Shown here: positions 1 to 13,149 of the stretch, piece by piece
How the letters are laid out: every line of letters begins with the position of its first letter
Numbering within the stretch: the stretch's first letter is position 1
Assembly: GCF_006345805.1 (NCBI RefSeq)
Contig: NC_043003.1
Location: 79,422,001-79,486,000, forward strand
DNA length: 64,000 nucleotides
Source of the DNA: Octopus sinensis
Lineage: Eukaryota
Direction of reading: 5' to 3'
Translations under genes and position numbers: made by a program
The notes under the pieces: generated by a model
What the model saw: only the letters and a program-made list of their open reading frames with translations
Databases searched by the model: none
Told to the model about the DNA's origin: nothing

Positions 1-355
1 GTCTTGAATTCCTCTGTTATTGCCTGGAGGACTATGATGAACCAGAGGGGGCTGAGCACCGATCCTTGGTGAACCCCTACATGTACTCTGAATTCTTCAC
101 TGTACTTATTGCCCACCTTCACCATACTGGTAGCATCCCTGTAAAAGGCTTGTACGGCTCTCACCAACCACTTGTCTGTCCCCAGTTTCCACATTGACCA
201 CCAGATTGTGAGACTCTGTCAAAAGCTTTCTCCAAGTCAACAAAAGCCAAGTACAGAGGTTTTTCTTTGGCTAGGTATTACTCCTGCAGTTGCCTTACCA
301 GAAATATAGCATCAGTGGTGCTTCTACCTGGCACAAAACCAAACAGCATCTCATC
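1..355 (-). mobile_element. RTE-clade LINE reverse-transcriptase fragment (decayed, runs off window start)
   Basis: Minus-strand translation FGFVPGRSTTDAIFLVRQLQE*YLAKEKPLYLAFVDLEKAFDRV...VGVHQGSVLSPLWFIIVL matches non-LTR RT motifs; one stop and a frameshift. Confidence 0.9.
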
Positions 356-370
356 ATAAATATATATATA

Positions 371-692
371 TCATCATCATCATCATCGTTTAGCATCCGC
401 TTTCCATGCTAGCATGGGTTGCACGGTTCGACTGGGGTCTGGGAAGCCAGAAGGCTGCACCAGGCCCTATCTGATCTGGCAATGTTTCTACGGCTGGATG
501 CCCTTCCTAATGCCAACCACTTCGTGAGTGTAGTGGGTGCTTTTTACATGCCAGACGAAGCTGGCAAACGGCCACGATCGGATAGTGCTTTTTATGTGCC
601 ACCGACATGGAGGCCAGGCGAGGCTGGCAATGGCCACGATCGGATGGTGCTTTTCACATGCCACCGGCATGGAGGCCAGTCGGGGCGGCGCT
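371..692 (-). mobile_element. SINE/LINE-tail family E with (GAT)n tail and internal ~57-bp tandem repeats
   Basis: Homologous to 27060-27311 in the opposite orientation (GGATGCCCTTCCTAAYGCCAACCAC core). Internal repeat GGCCACGATCGGATRGTGCTTTT occurs twice. Confidence 0.75.
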
Positions 693-1105
693 AGGCGTGG
701 GAGTGGCTGTTTGGTAAGTAGCTTGCGTACCAACCACATTGTTCCAGCTTCAGTTCCACTGCATGGCACCTTGGGCAAGTGTCTATTACTATAGCCTCAG
801 GCCAACCAAGGCCTTGTGAGTGGACTTGGTAGATGGAAACTCAAAGAAGCCCATCGTATATATATGTATATATATGTGTGTGTGTGTGTGTGTATGTTTG
901 TGTGTCTATGTTTGTCCCCTAGCATTGCTTGACAACCGAAGCTGGTGCGTTTATGTCACTGTCACTTAGCAGTTCGGCAAAAGAGACTGATAGAATAAGT
1001 ACAGGGCTTACAAAAATAAGTCCCAGGGTCGATTTGCTCGACTAAAGGCGGTGCTCCAGCATGGCTGCAGTCAAATGACTGAAACAAGTAAAAGAGTAAA
1101 GAGCA
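693..1105 (+). mobile_element. SINE family A (tRNA-derived), full length
   Basis: Head GGAGTGGCTGTTTGGTAAG (A-box-like), B-box-like TTCAGTTCC, internal (TA)n(TG)n, tail GCTCCAGCATGG..CAGTCAAATGACTGAAACAAGTAAAAGAG. More than 20 full or partial copies in the window. Confidence 0.9.
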
Positions 1106-1669
1106 AAGAGTATATATATATTTTTTATAAATATGTATATAATGCATGTATATTATACACACACACACACACACACACATATACATATATACATACACAC
1201 TCACACACACAGGCATACATACCATAAACTACACAACAAAGAAAATAATCAAATTTAAGATTTCAAAACCATTTTTTTTTTATTATTCAAGAGGTTATAA
1301 ATATGAAACAATACGAATGTGGGAAAAACAGCTGAAGATATTTTAGATACAGATTTATAATTTTTTTAAAGTATTTTGCGATACAGTTATATCAGCTATA
1401 TGTATCTCGGTTGTGTTCACAAATATTTTTGTTGAAATTCATTTCATTTCATTCTACATTTTAGAAATGTGGAATAATAATGAGGAAACATTCGATATCT
1501 TTTGGCTGATCTTGTCATAACAAAATATTTTTCATACTCCATGAATTTCATTATAAAGGAATTTCACACACACACACACACATTTTTATAGTTATTATAT
1601 ATTTATATCTATGTATCTCTGTATCAATCTATCTATTTATCTGTCCATCAACTATCATCATCATCATCA

Positions 1670-1701
<32 letters not shown>

Positions 1702-2002
1702 GTTATCATCATCATCATCATCATTATCATCATCTTTCTTATTATTGAGTGAGAGAGCAGTGCATGCCATCAAAGTGACACTGGGGTAAAATATACAAAG
1801 CCCAGTATACCCATCATGACTTTCCATCTGATAAGGGTACACCAGACACATGCATCACAACTATATGCGTGCAACGTGCATCTCATACCGAGATAAACAA
1901 TATGTGACCTTGCAGGTGGGGCCCAGTTAGAATTTTCTTCTGGTTGAGTAGCCCATCTCGCTCAAAAGGTCCTTGAATAAGAGTTGTTTAAGGCTGTAGA
2001 GT

Positions 2003-2034
<32 letters not shown>

Positions 2035-2067
2035 TATATATACATTGAAGTTTGTTTTTATGTTTTT

Positions 2068-2274
2068 CTTTTACTCTTTTACTTGTTTCAGTCATTTGAC
2101 TGCGGCCATGCTGGAGCACCGCCTTTAATCGAGCAACTCAACCCCGTGACTTATTCTTTTGTAAGCCCAGTACTTATTCTATCGGTCTCTTTTGCTGAAC
2201 CACTAAGTAACGGGGACATAAACACACCAGCATTGGTTGTCAAGCAATGCTAGGGGACAAACACAGACACACAA

Positions 2275-2313
<39 letters not shown>

Positions 2314-2479
2314 TACGACGGGCTTCTTTCAGTTTCCGTCTACCAAATCCACTCACAAGGCTTTGGTCGGCCCGAGGCTATAGTAGAAGACACTTGCCCA
2401 AGGTGCCACGCAGTGGGACTGAACCCGGAACCATGTGGCTGGTAGACAAGCTACTTACCACACAGCTACTCCTGCGCCT
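2068..2479 (-). mobile_element. SINE family A, full length
   Basis: Near-identical to other family-A copies, with A/B-box-like head at the right end. Confidence 0.92.
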
Positions 2480-3159
2480 ATAGTTATAATAAAAACAATT
2501 TTGCATTGATCTGATGGGTTCCTCTATATCTTTGTAGAGTACATACCCATCGTTCTTAAACAAGACTATTATTGACAGTGATTTTGAAGTCTCATGCAGC
2601 TCAGCCAACGTTGGATATACAAAGGCCTAAAATAATATATTATGCAGATGTGTATATGTATATGTAGATGTGTATGCATGTGTGTGTATGTATACGAGTG
2701 TAAATGTGTGTGTGTGTGCGCGTGCGCACATGTGTGAAGTTATTATTTCTGCTGCTTTGCATGAAATCATTTGAGTAAAAACACGGTTTTACTGCCTTTG
2801 ATTTTCCTGAATTATCATGAAGTTTTGCACTCCCAAAGTAACAGAATACAAAAAGAAAAAAAAAAGGGTTGGTGACAGGAAATGCATTCAACCATAAAAT
2901 ACCACCTCAAACAAGTACCCTCCCAACCTATGCCAGTATAATAAATAAGGAAGTAAAACAGATGAATGAATGAATTTATAAGCACACATCTCTTCTACCA
3001 CAAAGACACTCTTTAAAGACTGATGGATTTCTGACTTAAACAGAATAATAAACAGAATACTCCTTGCGAGTAAATAACTCCTTGATTTCTTCTAGATGCC
3101 TGCACATGCAAACATTCTCCATGCCTATAAATTTAGAAAAACAAATTGAATATCTACAA

Positions 3160-3457
3160 CAGGGGTTCTCAAACATTTTCTATTAATGGGCCCCTTTGGC
3201 TACTGTTTTGTTTTGGTGGACCCCATGCCCATTTGATGTTTAAAAAAACTTGTTTTATAGAAACTTCTTTCAAAATACCTGTTTTGTTATTCACACATTA
3301 ACTTGTGTAGCTTGAACTATATAAAACGTCAGAGAAAGAAACCAAGCTCTTTCTTGCAATACACACCAATACATACATCTAAAGCAAAATTTTTTCAGGG
3401 GCCGTAAAAATACTATTACGGATATTGTGTTATGGGGACCCCAGTTGAGAACCAATG
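3160..3457. mobile_element. hAT-type MITE with 8-bp TSD
   Basis: TIRs CAGGGGTTCTCAA / TTGAGAACCAATG; perfect 8-bp TSD ATCTACAA at 3152-3159 and 3458-3465. Confidence 0.85.
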
Positions 3458-4393
3458 ATCTACAATTTTCTGACAAACTGAAGCACCTCCAAAATTCAGA
3501 ATTCAGAACACTTTCCAGAACTGATAACAAATGCAGAAGATAAGCGATTGATGTATTAATAAACTGATCTACTATGAAAGCTATAAGCTCATTTAACACT
3601 ACATATTAAATATAATGAATTTATTACTGGTAAAGATATACACCTGTCATAAGCAAACTGTAGCCAGTGGGACTTCCTGAATGGTATGCCTAACAAAAAA
3701 TTACCTTTAATTTTTGTTAGTAGTATGGCCTACCTAATGATCAGCTATCTCTCATGTGGCCTACTTCTTGAGAAAGGTAGCCCATACCTGGTATGCACTT
3801 TCTATTCATGGTGCCTTTGTACACACCTGAGTTAACAACAGAAAGTAGTTTGACTTCAGAGCTTCTAAATCTTTTTCTGAATTTATGACAAAGAAAATTT
3901 ATGATCAAAGAATAAACAAAATTATAAGTTAATTTTCACATGGATAAGTAAAACTAGTTTTAGAGTTGAAAAATATTTCCAGAATAAAAATGCAGAAAAC
4001 TCTTACCTTCCTTGTTTTATGAGTCATATTTTGTTATACAACAAACAATATTATGTATGAATAGCAATTTTTGAGATCCCCAAACATTAAATAGAGTAAA
4101 GCCTAAAAGCAGCTAAATACAGTTCACAGCACATGGATTGTGAACTACTCAAATGTAGTGGCTCACTCTACTAGAAATAGTAGTTAAATTCTTTCAAATC
4201 ACACCCTGCAGTTATAAAAAATAGCAGGCCACATTGAACAATGAGTGCTACTTTAGTGTGCAGTCTATGGCTGTATCATCTGCCTACTTTGTGAAATAAC
4301 TTGGGTTAGGGTTAGGGTTAGATTGCACATAAAAGTGTAAATGGCCAGGTAGACAGTATACTAAAGTGGCATTGAACAAGGTAATGAATTCTT

Positions 4394-4587
4394 TTCTTTT
4401 ACTTGTTTCAGTCATTTGACTGTGGCCATGCTGGAGCACCGCCTTTAGTCAAACAACTCGACCCCCAGGACTTATTCTCTGGAAGCCTAGTACTTATTCT
4501 ATCGGTCTCTTTTGCCAAACTGCCAAGTTACGGGGAAGTAAACACACGAACATCGGTTATCAAGCGATGTTGGGGGGACAAACACAG

Positions 4588-4620
<33 letters not shown>

Positions 4621-4792
4621 CATATATACGACAGGCTTCTTCCAGTTTCCGTTTACCAAATCCACTCACAAGGCTTTGGTCAGCCTGAGGCTATAGTAGA
4701 AGACACTTGCCCAAGGTGCCATGCAGTGGGAATGAACCCGGAACCATGTAGTTGGTAAGCAAGCTACTTACCACACAGTCACTCCTGCACCT
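4394..4792 (-). mobile_element. SINE family A
   Basis: Full head-microsatellite-tail layout, with several CpG>TpG changes relative to other copies. Confidence 0.9.
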
Positions 4793-5984
4793 ATGCTATA
4801 AGAAAAATCAGAATAGTCATTCAGGGTTTATTTGGGACTAAACAACAGTAGTGGTGACAACGACAGCAACAACCCAAGCAAACAATGGACCTTCTACATG
4901 GTCATTTTATCCACTAGAAATAACAGTAAAATTTCCATCTTAAAAAAAAAATCTTAACTGAAATTACATTTGGTCATGTAGTTATAAGATACACAATGTT
5001 TGAGTAGAAATTAAACAGAGTGCTCATAACTGGAGCGCCTTTGATTATAGGTCATCGGGAGCAGGGTTCACATGGGGATAGACAGTAGCAGCAGCAATGA
5101 CAACAACAACAACAACGACCACAACAGAAAATTACAATACCAAAAGCTGCTGTAGCAACATGAGAAAATCAAGTTACAACAACAACAACACAAACAGCTA
5201 CAGTAACATCAACAACAACATTTAGTAGAATATCAACTGAAACAACAACAGCTGCAGCAGCATTTTCTCTCTTTGGCAATATGAAATTCAAATAAAACTA
5301 CAATATATCATGGCTCGAGAAAATGATGTCTGCTCTTCCCATTCAGTCAGTTTCCAGGTTGTGTGACATATTGTCATTGTCATGTAGGCACACCCTCTCT
5401 TAAACTGCCTTTTTCTCATGCCTTCTCTTCATCCCTTTTCTTTCACACCCTTTTCTTTCTATTTCCAATAATACGCATACACACACACACACACAGACAC
5501 ACACATGCATACACACACACACACACATACATAGATTCTCACATAAACATTAACATCTTTCAAACATATACATACATCTATCCCACTCTCACACACACAT
5601 ACACATACATACATATACCCAGGCCTATTCCCCATTTTCTTTTAGGAAGGAGTACCCACAGCAAAACACACATCAGGCATTCCATTCATTTTTCAACTCA
5701 AAGAGGTGAGCCCAATCTTATGCTCGGGTCAAAGCATAGAATGCAACCCCCAGTATCTATAGTGGGGCCCCACCCCCGACAACATATGCTGGTTTACTTA
5801 TGCCACATCATGCTGGTTCCATGCCCCTTTGAACAACATCAAATCCACTCATCCGTCCACAAACACTCTCCAAGCTTTCCTATCATTTATAAACCCTCTT
5901 GAATCTCTCACTCCAACATCTCTAACCATCAAAGCTTTCCTTATTCCATCCATCCACACACACACACATATCTAGCATACACAT

Positions 5985-6143
5985 AGGCATAGGAGTGGCT
6001 GTGTGGTAAGAAGCTTGCTTCCCAACCACATGGTTCCAGGTTCAGTCTCACTGTGTAGCATATCGGGCAAGTGTCTTCTACTATAGCTTCGGGCTGACTA
6101 AAACTTTGTGAGCAGATTTGATAGACGGAAATTGAAAGATAAC

Positions 6144-6192
<49 letters not shown>

Positions 6193-6375
6193 TTATGTGT
6201 GTGTTTTTGTGTCTGTGTTTTTCCCTCCACCATTGCTTGACAACTGATGTGGATGTGTTTGTCCCCATAACTTAGTGGTTCAGCAAAATAGACAGATAGA
6301 ATAAAAAGACCTCTTAAGGCAGTGCTCCAGCATGGCTGAAGTCAAATGATTGAAACATGTAAAAGAATATAAGAA
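5985..6375 (+). mobile_element. SINE family A (diverged, internally deleted)
   Basis: GGAGTGGCTGTGTGGTAAG head and GCTCCAGCATGG tail. Confidence 0.85.
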
Positions 6376-6579
6376 CATCCCCAACCCCACACAAATATCA
6401 GAAATATTCTTTTAATACAGTCATTCACTGGGCTGTGGTCATGCTGGGGCACTGCTTTTATCATTTACTTGTTTCAGTCCTTAGATGCATCATAGGAATG
6501 GTACATTCAGAACTTGCTGAAGCCCCATTTTGGTATGTCTAAGACTGACATAAGTTTCCAAGTCCAAACCCAATTCAGG

Positions 6580-7316
6580 TAGTTAGTTCTTTCTGTGCCA
6601 TGAAGCCCATAAGGCCACAACACGATCACCCCAACCAACTCAGTTTTCTGCCGTTGTTTTGGTTTTATTCTATCTTCTCCACCCTTCTTGACCACTATCT
6701 TATTTCTTTATTGCCCACAAGGGGCTAAACACAGAGGAGACAAACAAGGACAGACAAACGGATTAAGTCAATTATATCGACCCCCAGTGCATAACTGGGA
6801 TTTATTTAATCAACCCCGAAAGGATGAAAGGCAAAGTTAACACCGGTGGAATTTGAACTCAGAACTTAGCGGCAGACAAACTACCACTAAGCATTTCACC
6901 TGGCGTGCTAACATTTCTGCCAGTTCTCCGCCACTATCTTGACCACTATCTTTGTCAATGGTTCTTTGCCATGTGGTTTTAGGGTGTCCTGCTGCTCTTT
7001 CCTCTTCAGGCCGTCACTTTAGTGCTGCCATCTGAAGATATGCCTGATTCAGTTCCAGCATCTGCGTCTTATTTTGTCACCGATCCTGTCGATGCCTGTT
7101 GTTGTCTCAATCGTGTCCTTTTGGATTCTTTGCAACCACTTGATGTCAAGTATTCTCCTTAAACATATGAATTGGAAGTTGTCTATCGTTTTTTCTTCTA
7201 TTTTTGTCACTTTTCAATTTTCACATAAATAGAGTAATATTGGGTGGGCCAATGTCTTGAAAAACTTCAGCTTTATACCTCTGCTTCTCCATATCTTTGT
7301 TAGACTTGTACAATGC
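6580..7316 (-). mobile_element. RTE-clade LINE C-terminal fragment interrupted by SINE B
   Basis: Translation SLTKIWRSRGIKLKFFKTLAHPILLYLCEN*..FQFICLRRILDIKW..IRRRCWN*IRHIFR..GHPKTTWQRTI, typical of the RTE post-RT domain. Confidence 0.8.
6701..6932 (-). mobile_element. SINE family B (tRNA head + Nin/Deu-like core) with TSD
   Basis: Core CTTTGCCTTTCATCCTTTCGGGG; TSD TCTTGACCACTATCT at 6686-6700 and 6937-6951. Confidence 0.88.
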
Positions 7317-7477
7317 TCTCCAGGCATATACATATTGGTTTCAAATTATGGCACAAGGCCAGCAGGTTTGGGGGAAGAGTAAGTTGATTAAATCAAACTT
7401 AGTGTTTAACTGGTACTTATTTTATTGACCCCTGAAAGGATGAAAGGCAAAGTTGACCTTAGCAGAATTTGAATTCA

Positions 7478-7710
7478 GGTGGTGAGCTGGCAGAAACGTT
7501 AGCACGCCGGGCGAAATGCTTAGCGGTGTTTCGTCTGTCACTATGTTCTGAGTTCAAATTCCGCTGAGGTCGACTTTGCCTTTCGTCCATTCGGGGTCGA
7601 TTAAATAAGTACCAGTTATGCACTGGGGTCAATATAATCGACTTAATCCGTTTGTCTGTCCTTGTTTGTCCCCTCTGTGTGTAGCCCATTGTGGGCAGTA
7701 AAGAAATAAG
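7478..7710 (+). mobile_element. SINE family B nested antisense in an older B-related SINE (about 7337-7785, minus strand)
   Basis: TSD AGAATTTGAATTCAGG at 7464-7479 and 7709-7724. Confidence 0.88.
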
Positions 7711-7983
7711 AATTTGAATTCAGGATGTAAAGACAGATGAAATGCTGTTAAACATTTCGACCAGTGTGCTAATAATTCTACCTTTATATACCTATAGTAT
7801 ACCTATTATAATTCACTGCCTTTCCAGCACTCACATATTCATAAATAAGATGCCTGAAGACTTCTCACTGTCTGTCTTTCTTTCTCCAAGTTCTATGCCT
7901 ACAAGTGTCAGACTTCATGAACCAAACATCAGACTTCATGGAAACTTCAGGTCAAAGTTCGAAGATATATGATTTTTATTGGG

Positions 7984-8014
<31 letters not shown>

Positions 8015-8097
8015 GGTAGATATAGCAGTGGTTTTCCTATTGCTTTCTGCTGGTTTATTCTTAGTATGCACTTGTAGTTTTCTGCTCTTTGAATCTT

Positions 8098-8326
8098 ATT
8101 TCTTTACTGCCCACAAGGGGCTACATACAGAGGGGACAAACAAGGACAGACAAACGGATTAAGTTGATTATATCCACCCCAGTGTATAACTGGTACTTAT
8201 TTAATCTACTCCGAAAGGATGAAAGGCAAAGTCAACCTCGGTAGAATTTGAACTCAGAACGTAGCGGCAGACAAAATGCCGTTAAGCATTTTGCCCGGCG
8301 TGCAAACGTTTCTGCCAGCTCGCCAT
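8098..8326 (-). mobile_element. SINE family B with TSD
   Basis: TSD CTCTTTGAATCTT at 8085-8097 and 8335-8347. Confidence 0.88.
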
Positions 8327-9532
8327 CTTATAATCTCTTTGAATCTTGGTTCACATAACATTAGGGCATGGCCAAACATGGGTGCATCTGTATGACATTT
8401 GTAGGGCCAGTACTCCTCTGAGTCCCCATATGTCTTAGCCACAAAACTATCAGGAATTTGACCCATAACTGGGTTCCTTGACAAGTACTGGTCCTAAAGC
8501 CTGAGTGAACCTGGTAGTTGTGATAACTAAGGGGCATTTCAAAGCTCCTTAGTTGGAACCTTATCATTAGATGTAGTTTAATGCTTCACCCAGGACAACT
8601 TGATAACTATCGTAGGTCAAAGCAAGCAAAACATAATCTACATATAAGTATTTAAATATATATCATCTTTATAGCTGAGGTTAATAGTCTGGGGAATTAT
8701 AATGTTATTAGCAATAACTAATCTCAGACATTTAGATGTTTAATTAAAACTCAGAAGATTTTAATGATAACGGTGTTGATGATGATGATAACGATGATAA
8801 TATATCAATGATTTCGATAGTGATGACGGTGTTAATGATTTCAATGATAATGATGATGATGATGATATTGATAGTATTAAAGTGGTGGAGGTGGTAGTAG
8901 ATGAGAAGAAGAGAGTGGAGGAAGATGGTAATGATTATGATAATGATACTTATGATGGACATTGTGGTGTTGATTGAGAAGAGAGTGGAGTGAGGTGTGG
9001 AAGGTGATAATGATAATAAAGATGATTGCTAATGATAGCATTGAAAGTAGTGGTGTTGTGTGTATATAAACACATATTTACATATATATGTGTAAATATA
9101 CACATCAACATCAGTGTCAAGTAGTGATTAGAAATATATTTTAGGTTAGTTGAAATATATTTCAACTCCTAAAGGCATATTCACTGCAGTTACCATGGAG
9201 AAAATTCTGTCTTATAATAACAGGTGTGAAAACATCTCTTTCTCTCTTTCTCTCTCTCTCTCACACACACAGGTTGAATCAAAAGCTTTTTCAGATTTTC
9301 ACTCATGATTTTTGGCAACTTGTCTCCCCATGTTATATCGTTAATTTGATACAACTTGTCCAATCATTACTGAATTATTTATTCTGGATTTTCATATATA
9401 ACATATAAACATGAATTGCTTATTCTTTATTTTACAGCTTTGGTAACAAGTGGTGAAAAAATTGCAGTTAGCGCCATATCAAGTTACCATTTTTCATCCC
9501 TAGTTATACAATTCAACACCAAAAGCAAGCAA

Positions 9533-9966
9533 ATTGAGGATTTGCCAGCAGTGGTTTGCATATGTTCCTGTGATGTTGAGCCAGTTCATTGTTAAGATAA
9601 TGAGAGCAAGAGCAATGGTAAAAGAAATTAATGATACAGAATGCTGAGGAACTGTCCATGAATGTGTAGTATGGAACTGGTTCAGATATATCAAAGAAGG
9701 TGACACCAAACATGAAGACAAATCAAGGTCAAAGAAACCTTTTCTTGTGGAAGAGGATGCCTCGCTTGAAATGCTTGAACAACAACAAAGTGCAAGCACT
9801 TGTACATTGTTGGCAGAATTTGGTCCTTCACAAAGCATCATCAGTCAGCATCTACCTAAGTTCGGCCTTGTGAACAGACACTGTCAAGAGGTTCCTCATT
9901 ATCTTACCAATGAACAGGCTCAACATCACGAGGAAATATGCAAATAACTGCTAGCAAATCCTCAAT
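9533..9966 (+). mobile_element. mariner transposase N-terminal (HTH) remnant with inverted duplication
   Basis: KEINDTEC*GTVHECVVWNWFRYIKEGDTKHEDKSRSKKP..SQSIISQHLPKFGLVNRHCQEVPHYLTNEQ resembles the mariner HTH and WVPHEL linker. Confidence 0.78.
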
Positions 9967-9979
9967 ATACTCTTACTCT

Positions 9980-10197
9980 CTTTTACTCTTTTACTTGTTT
10001 CAGTCATTTGACTGTGGCCATGCTAGAGCACTGCCTTTAGTTGAGCAACTCGATCCCAGGCCTTATTCTTTATAAGCCTAGTACTTATTCTATCGGTCTC
10101 TTTTGCCAAACCACTAAGTTATGGGGATGTAAACACACCAGCATCGGTTGTCAAGCGATGTTGGGGGGACAAACACAAACACACAAACATATAACAT

Positions 10198-10230
<33 letters not shown>

Positions 10231-10560
10231 CATATATAGGTGTAGGAGTGGCTGTGTGGTAAGCAGCTTGCTTACCAACCACATTCTATGGGTGTCTTTT
10301 GCTGAACTGCTAGGTTATGGCAATGTTAACACACCAGCACTAGTTATCAAACAGTGGGTGTGGTGGGGGGACAAACATAGGCACTAAGTCTCACACACAC
10401 ACACACACACACATTGATGATGATGATAACAGGCTTTTTTCAGTTTCCTTCTACCAAATCCACTCACAAGGCTTTGGTCACCCCATGGCTATAGCAGAAG
10501 ACACTTGTCCAAGGTGTCACACAGTAAGACTGAACCCAGAACCGTGTGGTTGGGAAGAAA
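9980..10560 (-). mobile_element. Cluster of SINE family A fragments
   Basis: 3' half at 9980-10235, a short plus-strand head at 10238-10285, and a second copy at 10290-10560. Confidence 0.8.
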
Positions 10561-12104
10561 ACTTGTTTCAGTCATTACACTGTGACCATATTAGGACACC
10601 ACCTCTGCAACATGCTCCATGTCAGCTTTGGCATGGTTTTAATGGCTGGATACCCTTCTTATTGCCATCCAGCCACTTTATAGTGTGTCCTGGGTGCTTT
10701 TTTTCATGCTACCAGCACTAGTGAGGTTTCCAAGTAACTTGCAAGAAGGGATAGAGCAAGAAAAAGAAAATAAAAGAAAAAAAGGAAAGCCTTCTTGATT
10801 AAGAATGGTGGTGGTGATGGTGGTGGAGTATTTGAAAGGGTGAAGAGGTGATTTTATGCCATGGCCAAGCAGAGGTGGCAAGGTATAGAGAAGATACATA
10901 GCTATCTTGCATTTATATAATGGTAGGCAAGAATATCTGGTAAAAGGTAATATAGTAATGATGGGGTGTGAGACGAAATCCCTGAAGAAGCAAGAGATGA
11001 TACAAGCAGTAGATCAGGGGTGAAGGGTACTTTTCAGAGTAGATCAGGGGTGAAGGGTACTTCTTAGTAGATCAGGAGTGAAGGGTACTTTTCATGAAGG
11101 GAAGGTACTAGATAGTTAAAGATGGAAGCAGAGGTGAATGTAATAAGTAATTAACAGGAGTAGCAGTGTGGACTGATGATGAATTAAGACTAATCACCAA
11201 AAACAGGAACAATCATTTCATTAGGATTGTAAACAGTGTTCCATCAACTTAATTTCAACCACACTATTTTGGTTGGCCCAAGGCTACAGTAGAAAGCACC
11301 TACCCAAGATGCCACACAATGAGTTTGAATCTAAAACCATGAAAATGCAAAAAGTAAACTTATTGACTACATAACCATGTCTGCATTTGTTGAGATAGTG
11401 GAATTCTCATAGGTAGTGTTTACTTTGTATTCTGATAGGAGAATATAAGAAACAAACGAAGCTGTTGTTTATCCTGGGAGACTGTATTTAATGGAAGTTG
11501 TGGAAAAACTTACCAAATGTTATTGACAAGAATCTCTTTGAAGCAAATTTTAAAATTCTATCTTTGGCAAAATGCCACAGCTACTGCAACTACAATAATG
11601 ATTTCTTACATACAGGTCTCAAACGTAGAGACCTTGTATGTAAGTAAAAAGTTAAAAATCAAAACTAAAGTCCCAACATTTACACTGGTATTTTAGTTTG
11701 TTGATGTAGAAGAATGAAAGGCAAGGTTCGCTTTGGAAGTATTTGAACTCAGAATGTAAAGAGTTGGGACAAGGACAACAAACCTTGGCAAATCCATTAA
11801 CTTTATTGTAACTACAGTATCTGAGACCTCCTTCGATCACAGCCTTTGCTGACCTTTTGGCTACCATTCACCAAATGCATGGTCCACTTGCTATATGTGT
11901 GTGTATGTGTGTGCATAACAATGCAGGGGTGGGTATTCTGGAAGCATAGTAGCCAGAATAATAATGGGCTGGAAGATACTGCTTATAACATAGAATTTCT
12001 CTTTCAGAGTATCAGAGTAAAGAGAAGACTCTATGTTGTTTGTCTATGAAGTGTAAATAATATAAATTTAGTTCTATTGTAAAAAAAAAGTGAGATTCTT
12101 TTTA

Positions 12105-12470
12105 TTCTTTTATTCTTTTACTTGTTTCAGTCATTTAACTGCAGCCATGCTGGAGTGCTGCCTTTAGTCAAACAAATCAACCCCAGGACTTATTCTTTGT
12201 AAGCCTAGTACTCATTCTATCAGTCTCTTTTGCCGAACTGCTAAGTTACAGGAACATAAACACACCAACATTGGTTGTCACGTAATGGTGGGGGGACAAA
12301 CACAGACACTCAAATATATACATACACGATGGGCTTCATTTAGTTTCCACCTACCAAATCCACTCAAAAAGGCTTTGGTTGGCCCAAGGCTAGAATATAC
12401 ACACTGGGACTGAAACTGGAACCATGTGGTTGGGAAGCAGGCTTCTTACCACACAGCCATGCCTGCACCT
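12105..12470 (-). mobile_element. SINE family A (diverged)
   Basis: Tail, core and head recognisable; CpG-decayed. Confidence 0.85.
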
Positions 12471-13149
12471 GTATGAATATTGAATGCATTGGCTACTTGC
12501 AAAAGCTAGAAATATATGAAGCTAACATAAAGCTAACACAAAGCTAATAAAAGCTAGAAATATATGAAGCTAACATGCTTTGATGAATGAATAATGCTAG
12601 TGCACATGAATGATAAAATATACCACTATCCATCACAAATATCCACCAGTAATTCTACTGTGGTACCAACCCCACCAGAATCACCACCACCACCACCATC
12701 ACTACTACCATAGCTTAATCATAGGTAACCACTCTACAGTGCATGATTGTACAATATCTCAGAAAAGATGTTTTAACAGTTGTTTACACTCATTACTCAA
12801 TTTCTCCTACTGCTGCTGCTGCTACTGCTACTACTACTACTACTACTACTATTACTGCTGCTGCTGCTGCTACTAACACAACTATTACATCCACTACCAC
12901 CACCACCATCACCACTACTACTACTACTACAATTTTCTCCACAGATATGATATCAAGTCTATGAGCACAATGTGTTGTTTGTTAACTACAGAGGGTCAAT
13001 GAAAGAGATAGTTTTGCTTTGGAGAACCATCATAAATACAAGTGGGAATGCTAATGCTAAATAAACTTAATGGGAGATCTTTCAGTGAAATCATTAGTTT
13101 TTGTTTGTTTTTTGTTCACATTTATTAGAAGTTATACCAGCCTCCAAAC

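Noticed and set aside
4303-4322. (TTAGGG)3 telomere-like repeat (also CCCTAA at about 44555)
   Set aside because: Too short for an interstitial telomere; the second lies inside a MITE.
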